Shown here in pieces: positions 54,445-64,000 of a stretch of 64,000 nucleotides of DNA. The translations under genes were made by a program, and so were the position numbers. Where the stretch lies: positions 1 to 64,000 of the forward strand of contig OX337237.1 in the NCBI GenBank assembly GCA_946965045.2, written 5' to 3'. The notes beneath the pieces are model-generated. The model saw nothing but the letters and a program-made list of their open reading frames with translations, was not told where the DNA came from and ran no database searches. Position 1 is the stretch's first letter, and each line of letters starts with the position of its first letter. Source of the DNA: Epithemia pelagica. Taxonomy: Eukaryota; Protista; Bacillariophyta.

Positions 54445-55637
54445 ATGGTTCATCGTCGTCCTCTCTCCTCCTCCTCCTCTCGATGGAACCACAAGCGCTG
54501 GTATGGGGCAACCGTCGTGTGGATTTGTGTGTGGATTGCCTACATGAACCACCACCATGGCACGAGCCACAACCACCAGAGCCACCATTCTCCTCCTCGG
54601 CTCCCCACCAAACCAGCACGACAAGTACTAGTAATGACAACAGCAACAGCACGGTCGTTGCCGCCAACAGCAGCAATGCTTCCTCGTTTCACGTCTTGGC
54701 CACCGATCGCGAATATTCGGGACGACCCCGCAATTATCCCCCCTATGTCATTGAAGAATACAAACTCGTCTTTTTTTCCACCCTCAAGGTCGGCTGTACC
54801 GAATGGCGCACACTCCTGTTGCGTATGATGGGACATATTACGGCCTATAACGAGTCGGCGACGGTCCATGCCGATTCCAGTCGCCACGTGCCGCACTTGA
54901 ACAATTTTTCGACGGCCGAGGCCACGCATATCATGACGGCCCCCGATTGGACCCGGGTCATCTTTGTGCGCGATCCCATGGAACGATACGTGTCGGCCTA
55001 TCTCAACAAGGGCCGTCATGGAGATTTGATGGAACGACAGAGTTGTCGACCCAACTCCAAGCGACAAGATGCCCAAACCTTGCAAAATTTGACCTTTGAT
55101 CAGTGTCGTCACGAGATTCAAGCCTCGGCCACTCGCGCCTTTAACATTGTGAAAACGTGTCGCAATGGACATTGGGCACCGCAAAGCCATCGCATCAGTC
55201 CCAAGTATCGAGCGCAAGTCAATTTTGTCGGACGACTCGAAACCGTCACGGCCGATTCGGAACGCTTGTTGCGTCAAATTGGGGCCTGGGAGAAATTTGG
55301 ACGCACCGGATGGGGACCGCAGGGCACGGACCGGTTCTTTGCACCGCGCAATATGACTACCACCAGCAGCAACAACCACAAGCAGAACGAGTCCATGGCG
55401 TCGGACTCATCCTCCTCCTCCCAATCACAAACCGCACAATCACCACAACCACCAACACCGCATCACGATCCACATTTCACCCATGCCGCCTCCCACATGG
55501 CCCAACACATGACACCAAAATTGTATGCGCAATTGCTCGAGTATTATGCCGAGGATTATGCCACGACATGGTTTGGCTTTGTCCCACCCAACCAGTCGGA
55601 CTGGAACACTGTGGATTCGGCTGCTGGAGTAGAATGA
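54445..55637 (+). CDS. Carbohydrate sulfotransferase (Sulfotransfer_2-like) with apparent frameshift after the N-terminal anchor
   Basis: PAPS-binding motifs FFSTLKVGCTEWR and FVRDPMERYVSAY, plus HWAPQ and NFVGRLE, lie in frame 54483..55637. The type II TM anchor (WYGATVVWICVWIAY) lies in frame 54445. Confidence 0.8.
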
Positions 55638-56741
55638 TGGTTGCTGGCGCGTGTTGGACGATGTGAACTCTCCTCGACCATACGCCAACGAACCAAACGC
55701 CAAGAACACACACACAAGAGGTTCAATGATTGGCTGATTGATGGACTCTTGATGGACTCTGGTTGGAGTGATGAAGACGACGAATCTGTTTCATGTGGCG
55801 CTTTTTGTTGTGTTTCGTTGGAGTGCACACAATCAAGCAAAAAAACTGTGGAGGAGGATTGGACCATTCGGCAACTTCATACGGGACAATTCCGGCAAAG
55901 AAGAGTGTCTCTCCTACCATGACGTGTCCTTGTTTTGTCGAATTTCTCGACTGGATGATATACAACCAGACCAGGAATGATACAGCCACACGACAGAATC
56001 CAATCCTACCAATCCACCACACAACCACCATTTGGAGTACCAGGAATGGTGGATTCATTGTTGCGGCAGCCCCTTTTCATGACTGACTGACTGAATCCCT
56101 AGCAGAAAGACACTGGATCTTGTCCTACTAACAAGGTATAGAACCGCCCCAAACCATGACCCTCCTTTCGACTCCAATCACACGAGTACGTGTTGTTGTC
56201 TACGAGGATAGACACATCATACATACATGCAGGCCATGGGTCGTTGGTGGCATGGTTTTGCCAATACAGAGTATTGCGACGACGACCATCCCATGGAGGT
56301 GCATCTCGCTACTAGCATTCCGAGGGGCGAACAAGTCACGACTGTAGCACGCCACACTTCCACGTGACAGGGGACGCCATCGATTGTACCATTGCTTATA
56401 CCAGGTCAGACAAGTCGGTCCTGTGTGTGTTGTTCCAAGGCCGTCGTTTGCCTTTGTGGGCATGAGCCGCTCGTTTTGTGGCGACACAGTTGGAACATGA
56501 AAACGAATGCCGACCCGGCGCGCCTGATCTGCTATGCATAGTCGTCCGTCCGTCCGTCAGTCGAAACTATGTCGACTGGGCCCCATAACTTCGATAACTT
56601 TTCTTGAGACCATGGGATGTGAAGAAGAAAACGAAGCCGTAGAGAGAATCCGCATCCTACTTCTAAGGACGACATTAGCACTAACAAATGAACTAATATG
56701 CATTTTGTTCTTCCATTTCGTCGTCATCGTCGTCTAACTGC

Positions 56742-57803
56742 TTACAAGGAAGATTCGTCAAACAGCTGATCCATAATGCTCGGATCCAAACTTTGACACA
56801 AGCAGTGTCGGAGGCCACAGTTGTTGCTGCGGTTCCCTTCAGGGGAGCAGGGAGGAGTCGATGTGGTGCACGCGCACGGAACCAGAAACAATTGTACGGG
56901 TGATTCAGAAACAAGGGGCAATGAATCCGGTCCTTGCGGCTTTTGCGGTTGTCCTTCTCCCAAGAAGAAGTTACAAATGAGACTGTCAATGTCATCCTCT
57001 TGGTTGACACCCATGTGCACTGTCTCCGGGACCGCCCACTCGGTGGGTCCCTCGAAAGGCATCGTGGGTGTCGTCCTCACAGAGGAGCAACCAGAAGATG
57101 ACAAGGTTGAATCACGGAACAAAGAGGAGGAGGAAGAAGAAGACCATGATGAAGAAATGGTCTCCAAGTGGCCTACTTTTTCTCCGTTGCCTTGCTGTGC
57201 CAACAATTCTTGTTGACACTGAATGGCTTGTTTGACCAGCGCAATGGCCCGTTCCAACTCGCTCGATAATGGGGGTGCAATGGTGCCAAGAGCTCCCTGG
57301 TGTGCCGGACGACCAGTCCCCTGTGTTTCCAACATTGCGGTCGCACAAGTACTGTGACCATGACTGCCGCATGACACTTGTTGCACTTTTTCTTGTTGTT
57401 GTGGCTGGGCTGCTTGCAGTCTTGCCATTGCCGCGATCTTGTGTCTTGCCATGAGAGATACTTGCCGTTCTTGTTCTTGCTGCCAGGCCTTATAACGTTC
57501 GTTGTAGTCTTGTCGTTCCAGCATGGCTTGTTCATTGAGAAGATTCTTGGTGGACGTGCCCAGTTGCTTCCATCGCTGTGCCACGGTACGAGCCAATTCT
57601 CGAAAGGAGATTTTGCCATGTGTCTTGCGGTGTGCTCGTTTCCCCTTGAGTTTGTGTTGCGCCCGAATGTCTTGTACCTCGTCCACTGTTATGAACAGGT
57701 GCAACGAGTTGTCCTTTCCCTCCAGGATACGGCTTCGTTCGACTTGGAAAAACATGTTGTAGGCGCTCAGGGGAGCCTTGGGTGCAGAAGAAGAGGACAT
57801 CAT
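56742..57803 (-). CDS. HMG-box protein (diatom-type with inserted loop)
   Basis: PKAPLSAYNMFFQVER...RKTHGKISFRELARTVAQRWKQL...YNERYKAW; first ATG at 57803. Confidence 0.88.
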   Translation of the reverse strand: MMSSSSAPKAPLSAYNMFFQVERSRILEGKDNSLHLFITVDEVQDIRAQHKLKGKRAHRKTHGKISFRELARTVAQRWKQLGTSTKNLLNEQAMLERQDYNERYKAWQQEQERQVSLMARHKIAAMARLQAAQPQQQEKVQQVSCGSHGHSTCATAMLETQGTGRPAHQGALGTIAPPLSSELERAIALVKQAIQCQQELLAQQGNGEKVGHLETISSSWSSSSSSSLFRDSTLSSSGCSSVRTTPTMPFEGPTEWAVPETVHMGVNQEDDIDSLICNFFLGEGQPQKPQGPDSLPLVSESPVQLFLVPCACTTSTPPCSPEGNRSNNCGLRHCLCQSLDPSIMDQLFDESSL

Positions 57804-60800
57804 GGTGGTGATGGGACCAATACTACTGCTGCTGAGGAAATAATGGTATCTCTCGTATCCTTCGAGTTTATAAAATGTGATATTGTGGAAGGATACGAAT
57901 GCATTTCGTAGTGGACCAGTGTCGCAGAATGTCGTCGAGAGTCGAGAACCGAGGCTTTGACGTTGATCCTGTGATTGTGCCTTCGTTGCGCTTCGGGCTA
58001 CCAATTTAGCTCAAAGTAATATGACCGGGATAGAGAATGAGAGGTGTTCCCATTGGTTATCCCGTGTTCCATTCTAGTTCAAAAGATGAACGATAGCATT
58101 CGAAAAGAAACCTAATCATCATCAAAAAAGAACATGCCCCATCCATTCTCCGACCACCAATATCAGGGTCGTAATATCAATCTTCGATCTGCCGGCAGAT
58201 CCCATTTCCCCGAACTGCCGAGTGCCGAGCCAAAGTTCACCCTCTTGGAATAGAAATCCCGGTAGAATATGTACTAGGTTGTAGATGCAGAATCCCGGAA
58301 TACTTGTATTTTGTATTTTGTTTGAATGATAACGATTTAGCTAGAGAATATGTCAGACTAGGACTGGGATAACCGCTCATGCATTATGCATTTATTCGCG
58401 ATTCCAGTGACTTGGGAGTTTGGAGCGGGGTTTTTTCTCGACCATCAAAGATCGCAACCAGATAGAACCTACAAAGTACATGAAGTTATCTTGGGCGTGG
58501 TTTTCCTCGAGATTCTTCTTCATATCTTTTTGATTAAGAGTAATTCACAAAACAAAAACAACGCGCTGGGTATTGCCACCTATTTTCCTTGATGATCAGG
58601 GTTGTGTAGTACAAAAGGTCCTAGCATCTATGGCATAGTACGTGACTTTGTGACTTACTTTCACCGACTATCCAGTCATTCAGTCAAAACACTCATTTTC
58701 TCCCCTATTTACTTTCAGTCACACAGTCAATCACCGACATATTTCCATACTGACTATAGTCATCTTAGTCAGTCACAGTCACACCTCATTCCAGGTCGTC
58801 TCCAAGTAAGTCCCTTCTATATCAGCCACTGTACTATTAGTCCCTAAGTCAATCACCTCATTTTCCTTCGAATGACTTGCCAATTCAAAATTCAACACTA
58901 AATTCCCCCTAAGAACGAACTCAATAAGCAATATCTCTTGACTATGTCAATGACTAAAGGGAAAAAATTATATGAATTCGCTAAGTCTTAAGTAAGTCAG
59001 GTCAGTTAGAGAGTTGTGACTATAGTACTAAAGTAGAGTAAGCTTTAATATGGTGGGGGACTATAGTCGCTTAGTCAGGTACTTATCAGGTGGAGAAATG
59101 ACTAAAAGTAATTCAGTAAGTCAGTGGCGTGATGTGTAAGTTACTGCATAGTATCTTGTAAAGTAACTATTAGATATTTTCCCGACTAATAGTCAGCTAG
59201 TCATGAAGAATTCAATATGTCATTACTACACAATACACAACCATGTTGATGATAGATTGATGGTTGATGGATCATGATGATAGGAGTTCGCATCTTTTTT
59301 CTGTTGAAGTTGTCATCAAGTCAAGTTCCGCCTAAGATCCAGGAACTTCCTACAAAGCCACGTCACCCCAAAAAAGTCATGACTTACAACAAAAAGTCGA
59401 AGTCGATTCCCAACGAATAATTCCTGACTTTCTATCCCCAAGCAGGGTGTTGAAGTCTGACTTTACCATTTTTGACTTTTGACTTAAAAAAGCCAACTTT
59501 TAACTTTTTTCCAAAAAATCAAGTCGAATTACCACTCCATTGTTACTTATGGTGGGCGTACATTGCAACTACCTAGATCGGAGACAGCCTTGTAGCTACT
59601 CGAAGGTCGTCCTAGTGGCGGGTTGAGGAGGCAATGGTTTTCTTAGGATCGAGATGTGTCCGCTATGCAGTTTGGCTACTCAGAAAACACAAACGCACCT
59701 CTCATCTCGTCGGACAAACGAAAGAGCATCCACTCCCGAATACTACTCCTACTAGAGGAGAGCACGTGCAAACGAGATTGCTGCTGGACAACCATGGATA
59801 GGAACACTGTCGAAGACAACCACACAAAGATGCCGTATCCTTCATGAGTTGTTGGAGACACAACAACAACAATAACGACGGCGATGGCCTCGGGCCTCGG
59901 TCAACCTACTCCTAGCTCTGCTATGAATGCTAGGGTATACAACGAAGCGACCCAAACTACACCATGGACAGGAACACGATCGAAGAAAACCCCCACAAAG
60001 AATGACCATGGGATACGAGATCCGGTTGACACATGAACCACAATCATGCCAAACCTAGATCATGGAGTGTGTGTGTGTGCCATTCGGAACGGCCAGAGAG
60101 AGAGAGAGAGTTCATCGGATACTCTCCAAGAAACCTCCTCCTGCTGGCGACACACGGTACTTTGGCTCCCTCGTTTCTCTCTCTCTCTCGAAGTATAGAG
60201 AAGCAGCGACGTTGGCATGAGTGGGACTGCCGTGTCTTTGGCGGAGAGGGAACCATGCTCGGGACCAGTGCGGATGCCTTATCAATCCTGGTTTCGTGCC
60301 TCCACATGCAGAACGAACGAACGAAACCCCCGATTCCCCTACGAATAGTAGGCAACAAGAGCATCTCTCTCGCCAGACTCCTGGTCCTTGTTTTTGTCCC
60401 TCTCCAGTTCTTCTTCCAGAATCTCCAAGAGTCCAAGAGGGTTTCTCTCCTCTCTCTAGTTTAGGGCACGGTTTGGTTTGGTTCCGGATCGTCCCATCTA
60501 TCCACAACAGCACGCAAGCAAGCAAGTACCAAGACCCAGTGCCGTTTCCTCTCCTCTCTACTACTACAAGAGCTCGTAGGACACGACGGACGACGGGTTG
60601 GTTGGGTTTGGTTCCGGATCGTCCCATTCCTCCACGGGTGGCTGCTAGTAGAGAATGGATGGACGAAGCAAAGGAACCACACGAGTGCAGTGGTGAGGAG
60701 TCCAATCCCACCGCCCACAACGATTGCTGGTAGCAGTAGCTAGTTCCATCAAAGGGTCGACCGTAACATAGGGAACCGCAGGTAAAACAAGGGCTGTGTA

Positions 60801-60829
60801 GTACGAGTAGTGTCGTAGTAGGAGTGCTA

Positions 60830-61786
60830 TTATAACAGACTGTGTGCCGCCGTTCGTCGTTGCTTGACGGCCGACGACGCTTTTGTCGTGGTTGGTTCGA
60901 CCAATGGATCCGTTCCGTTGGTATCGTCCAGACCCAATTCTTCATCCTCCTCCTCTTCCTTGTTGTCTTCGGAGGATGGATTCGAAGTGCCATTTCTTCG
61001 ACGACTCCTTCTGGCCGTAGTGGGATCCGACGAGGAGGCTGTGCAGGACGATCGAAACAAGAAGGATTGATTGCGTCGGGACATGGGCTGACCCGTCGTC
61101 GTAGTATTGGTATTGTCCTTGGTGTTGCCATTTTTAGTATTGGAATTCCCAAACATGACTTGATGAACCGTGGCGGGCACGGCGCGAATGGCGGCGGGTC
61201 CATTAAAAATATCGGCAAAGTCGACGGTATCGGCTTCATTGTAGGCAAATCGATCGGCCACGCGTTGATAATTGCGATACATGGCCCGACTCGTGCCCAT
61301 GGCAATACAACAACAGACACTGGCGGCTTCCCACGGCAATAAGAGCCAGACACAAATCCACAGAGAGGTCACGGTCCACACGACGCCATGGGCAAAGGTG
61401 CGAAAGACACGCGTGCGTTCTTCGTACAAGCCTTCGGTGGCCGTCATCATGCTGCCATCGGGACCTCGCAAGGCCAAGCCGGCTCCATAGACGGACAAGA
61501 CGGTCGTTTGGGCGACGACGGCCAAGTTGGCACAAAAGGCGGCGACAATCATGGCATAATAACAGGCCCGCATGCTGCGATAAATCCACACATGGTCCGT
61601 TTGCCAAGCCGTTTCGCCCGGTGGATTGAATTCAATAAACATGGTAATGTCCAAACCGGCCAAGACGGCCGCTTGAGTGCCCACGGTCATGAAATTGGAA
61701 TGATGCAAATTGAATTCCTTTTCCTTGAGTGCCGTCGCTTGTTGTTTCAAGGCCGATTGCAATTGCAACTTGTCCGCCGCTAACAT
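60830..61786 (-). CDS. Four-TM membrane protein resembling Orai/CRAC channel subunits
   Basis: ATG at 61786. TM1 GTQAAVLAGLDITMFIEF aligns without gaps to Orai1 SRTSALLSGFAMVAMVEV, keeping the G98 and E106 equivalents. Further hydrophobic segments and a disordered C-tail follow. Confidence 0.6.
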   Translation of the reverse strand: MLAADKLQLQSALKQQATALKEKEFNLHHSNFMTVGTQAAVLAGLDITMFIEFNPPGETAWQTDHVWIYRSMRACYYAMIVAAFCANLAVVAQTTVLSVYGAGLALRGPDGSMMTATEGLYEERTRVFRTFAHGVVWTVTSLWICVWLLLPWEAASVCCCIAMGTSRAMYRNYQRVADRFAYNEADTVDFADIFNGPAAIRAVPATVHQVMFGNSNTKNGNTKDNTNTTTTGQPMSRRNQSFLFRSSCTASSSDPTTARRSRRRNGTSNPSSEDNKEEEEDEELGLDDTNGTDPLVEPTTTKASSAVKQRRTAAHSLL

Positions 61787-63223
61787 GATGATAATGACAA
61801 TGAGGAAGAATGAAACTCAAAGAAACGACCAATGAAGAAAGAAGAAAGAAGAAAGAAGAAAGAAGAAGAATGGACCAACCAGGTTGAAACCAAATAGCGA
61901 TAGCGAGAGAGGCAGAGGGGGTTAACAACACCAACACGAGAATGATGAGGGTGCAAGCCAGCAACGGGAAGGCCAATCTTTTGCACAACGAATTAATGAT
62001 ACGTGGTGGCAGCTCTTCCAGCCGTAGAAAGCAAAGAAAAGAGAGAGAGAGGGAGAGAGAGCCAACAACGAAATCCAACCAGGTCCCAAGTCCCAACACC
62101 ACCAACAACGAGAATGACAACGACAGTGGTGGTTGCAATGCCGCAGAAGAGACACTGCGACCACCACGCCCCCAACCCAAATGACCGCGCGCGCCGTCCT
62201 TTGGGGGGAGGGACTGGATTCTGTGACTCAAGTAGGGACAAGCTGTTGCTATTTGGTCTATGGTGCTCCTCTCTCTGCCTAGGAGAGTAGGTAGGCCTCC
62301 TAGATACTCCTAGTAGAGATAACTCGTTTTGGTTTTGGTGGAATCATATTGAGTGTGTAGTATGAAAGGGAATGGTACATAGGAATGATCTACTAGTGTA
62401 TTCCGTTCCGATAGTGGCAGAGGAGAAGAGTCGTTTTCTTGTCTCGAATTGCGATTTGCCACACAGTTCGGTGTTGCACAGGACGACCCAACGAACGGAC
62501 TGGACTGCTTGTCGCCAAAAGACAAATGGTGGTTTCGCTGTATTCTCTACTAGCAACAGCAACGATGCATCCTACCAACAGCGCCAGCGCCAGTCCATGG
62601 ACCGAGAGTATGCTTGGTTCTTTCCTCGATTGGGGTGCGTTCGGACCAACACCATTTCGAATCATTGCGGAGAAAAAAAGACGTGACAGCATTGCCATTC
62701 CAACCCTCGCAAATGGGACGACGCACAAGAGACTCCAAGGCAGGGAACCATCTCCCCCTGGTACAAGCAGGAAAACACTCTCAAACTAGTGGAGAGCGGA
62801 GGTTGCCAGGATTAGGAGATGGTCTCCTTGGAACGGGACTCGCGGAGATTTTGGTTCACGAATCAAAAGCTCTCATTTTTCAGTCGCAGAAGAGGTGCGT
62901 TGAGTTGACATCGCTCGTGTCGGTGGATGACGACTGACGACACTCATTGCCTTTCGTCAACACAACAACAACAGTGAGAATTGAGAAACTGGGATACACC
63001 ACCACACAAAGATCTCTCTTGTCTGTTGAGCTCTTGAGTTTGAGAGAGAGAGTGTTCTCGTCTCTTTCCAACCAACGACCACCAGCAAATCTTTGGACCA
63101 CAACCGAACGTCCAAAGAACCAAACGTGTCCAAATTCTTCAAGACTCCCAAACATCCAAACACGCCATTCTATATCATTTCCTGGAAACCAAACAACAAC
63201 AACAACGACAACCACCAGACACA

Positions 63224-63961
63224 ATGGTAGTACAACCAGCATTCCGAATGGAACCGTCCACACTCGCTGCCGCTCCACGATCCTACCACAAAAAGGCCTG
63301 GTGGTCGTACCTGTTGGTGGGTGCCGCCCTCATGACACTGGGAGTCGTCGTTGTTGCTGCCTGGTTGGATTTGCCATTCTCCCCATGGCTTCCACAACAA
63401 CGACAAGAAGGACTGCGAAACTTGGCGTCCTTTGCCGATCTTACCAGTAGCAGTTATCGAACGTCCCATTCCAGCAACAGCCACAACAACAATGACGATG
63501 ATTCCAAAACTTCCAACGACGACGATTCTAGCAGCAGCAGCAATAATGACGATGACAGTGCTTCCTCCAGTGACGACGACAGCACGAGCACGAGCCAAAC
63601 ACCGTCGACCGACGATGATACCGTATCCTCTCTCATTTCCGCGTCCATTACCGTGCGAGACGATATCAATGCCTCCTCCTATCAAACCACGACTACGGCC
63701 GGCAATGCTACGACAACGACTCCTACTACCAAGGGCAATCACACTGCCTCCTCGTCCAAGAAAAAGTCCTCGTCCTCGTCCTCCACGACCTTGCAATTGC
63801 CACCGGAACCCGATCAACCCTCGTGGTGGCCCCTGGGAATTTCCGGGGGATTGGTCCTGGTGGCCACTCTGGCCTGTCTTGTAACGTGTGTGTGTCGACA
63901 AAGTGCCCTGAAACGATCCTCCTATCAACCCATTCCCCATTCCACCACTCTCGTCGTCTAA
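63224..63961 (+). CDS. Membrane protein with N-terminal hydrophobic segment, RxL motif, Ser/Asp/Thr-rich lumenal region, C-terminal TM and short tail
   Basis: 245-aa ORF: WWSYLLVGAALMTLGVVVVAAW; GLRNL; NDDDSSSSS repeats; PLGISGGLVLVATLACLVTCVC; tail KRSSYQPIP. Confidence 0.7.
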   Translation: MVVQPAFRMEPSTLAAAPRSYHKKAWWSYLLVGAALMTLGVVVVAAWLDLPFSPWLPQQRQEGLRNLASFADLTSSSYRTSHSSNSHNNNDDDSKTSNDDDSSSSSNNDDDSASSSDDDSTSTSQTPSTDDDTVSSLISASITVRDDINASSYQTTTTAGNATTTTPTTKGNHTASSSKKKSSSSSSTTLQLPPEPDQPSWWPLGISGGLVLVATLACLVTCVCRQSALKRSSYQPIPHSTTLVV

Positions 63962-64000
63962 CAACAACAAGAAGAAGAAGAAGAATACGAATCATGGAGA

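Noticed and set aside
59791-60005. ~45-bp imperfect direct repeat (ACCATGGA.AGGAACAC..TCGAAGA) and a 20-bp repeat near 60475/60605
   Set aside because: They are too short, lack TG..CA ends, TSD, PBS and PPT, and are probably local duplications.
60112-61353. 413-aa minus-strand ORF
   Set aside because: It is an alternative frame overlapping the Orai-like CDS, with no motifs or coherent composition.
1-64000. tRNA, rRNA or other structured RNA genes
   Set aside because: None were recognised by eye. The tRNA-like matches at 6024-6037 and 21118-21135 are primer-binding sites, not genes. A covariance-model scan was not possible.

Overview
This is the left end of a eukaryotic chromosome: about 543 bp of (CCCTAA)n telomere followed by 63 kb of subtelomeric DNA. 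The gene and transposon families (CoDi-like Ty1/copia, DUF6824 proteins, diatom-style HMG-box, SH3BGR-like repeats, AF-type plastid leaders) point to a diatom; this is inference. Host genes include a telomere-truncated DUF1826 gene, a probable type III pantothenate kinase pseudogene, a GT43 glucuronosyltransferase, a ferric reductase, NADH-cytochrome b5 reductase, two tandem DUF6824 genes, the RNR small subunit, a sulfotransferase, an HMG-box protein, an Orai-like membrane protein and several RxL-motif secreted or membrane proteins. Mobile DNA makes up roughly a third of the window: one intact young copia element, one decayed copia element, a 456-bp TRIM, two PIF/Harbinger-superfamily (PHIS) DNA transposons and two MITE candidates. 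Two features stand out. (1) The young copia element has a primer-binding site matching the D-arm of initiator tRNA-Met rather than a tRNA 3' end, a 6-bp target-site duplication, and gag and pol separated by one in-frame UGA followed by a hydrophobic segment. (2) A 4.9-kb PHIS transposon with a CTG TSD carries three accessory ORFs and two 11-bp subterminal repeat arrays. All calls were made by eye from the sequence and ORF track, with no database searches, so family names and novelty need confirmation.
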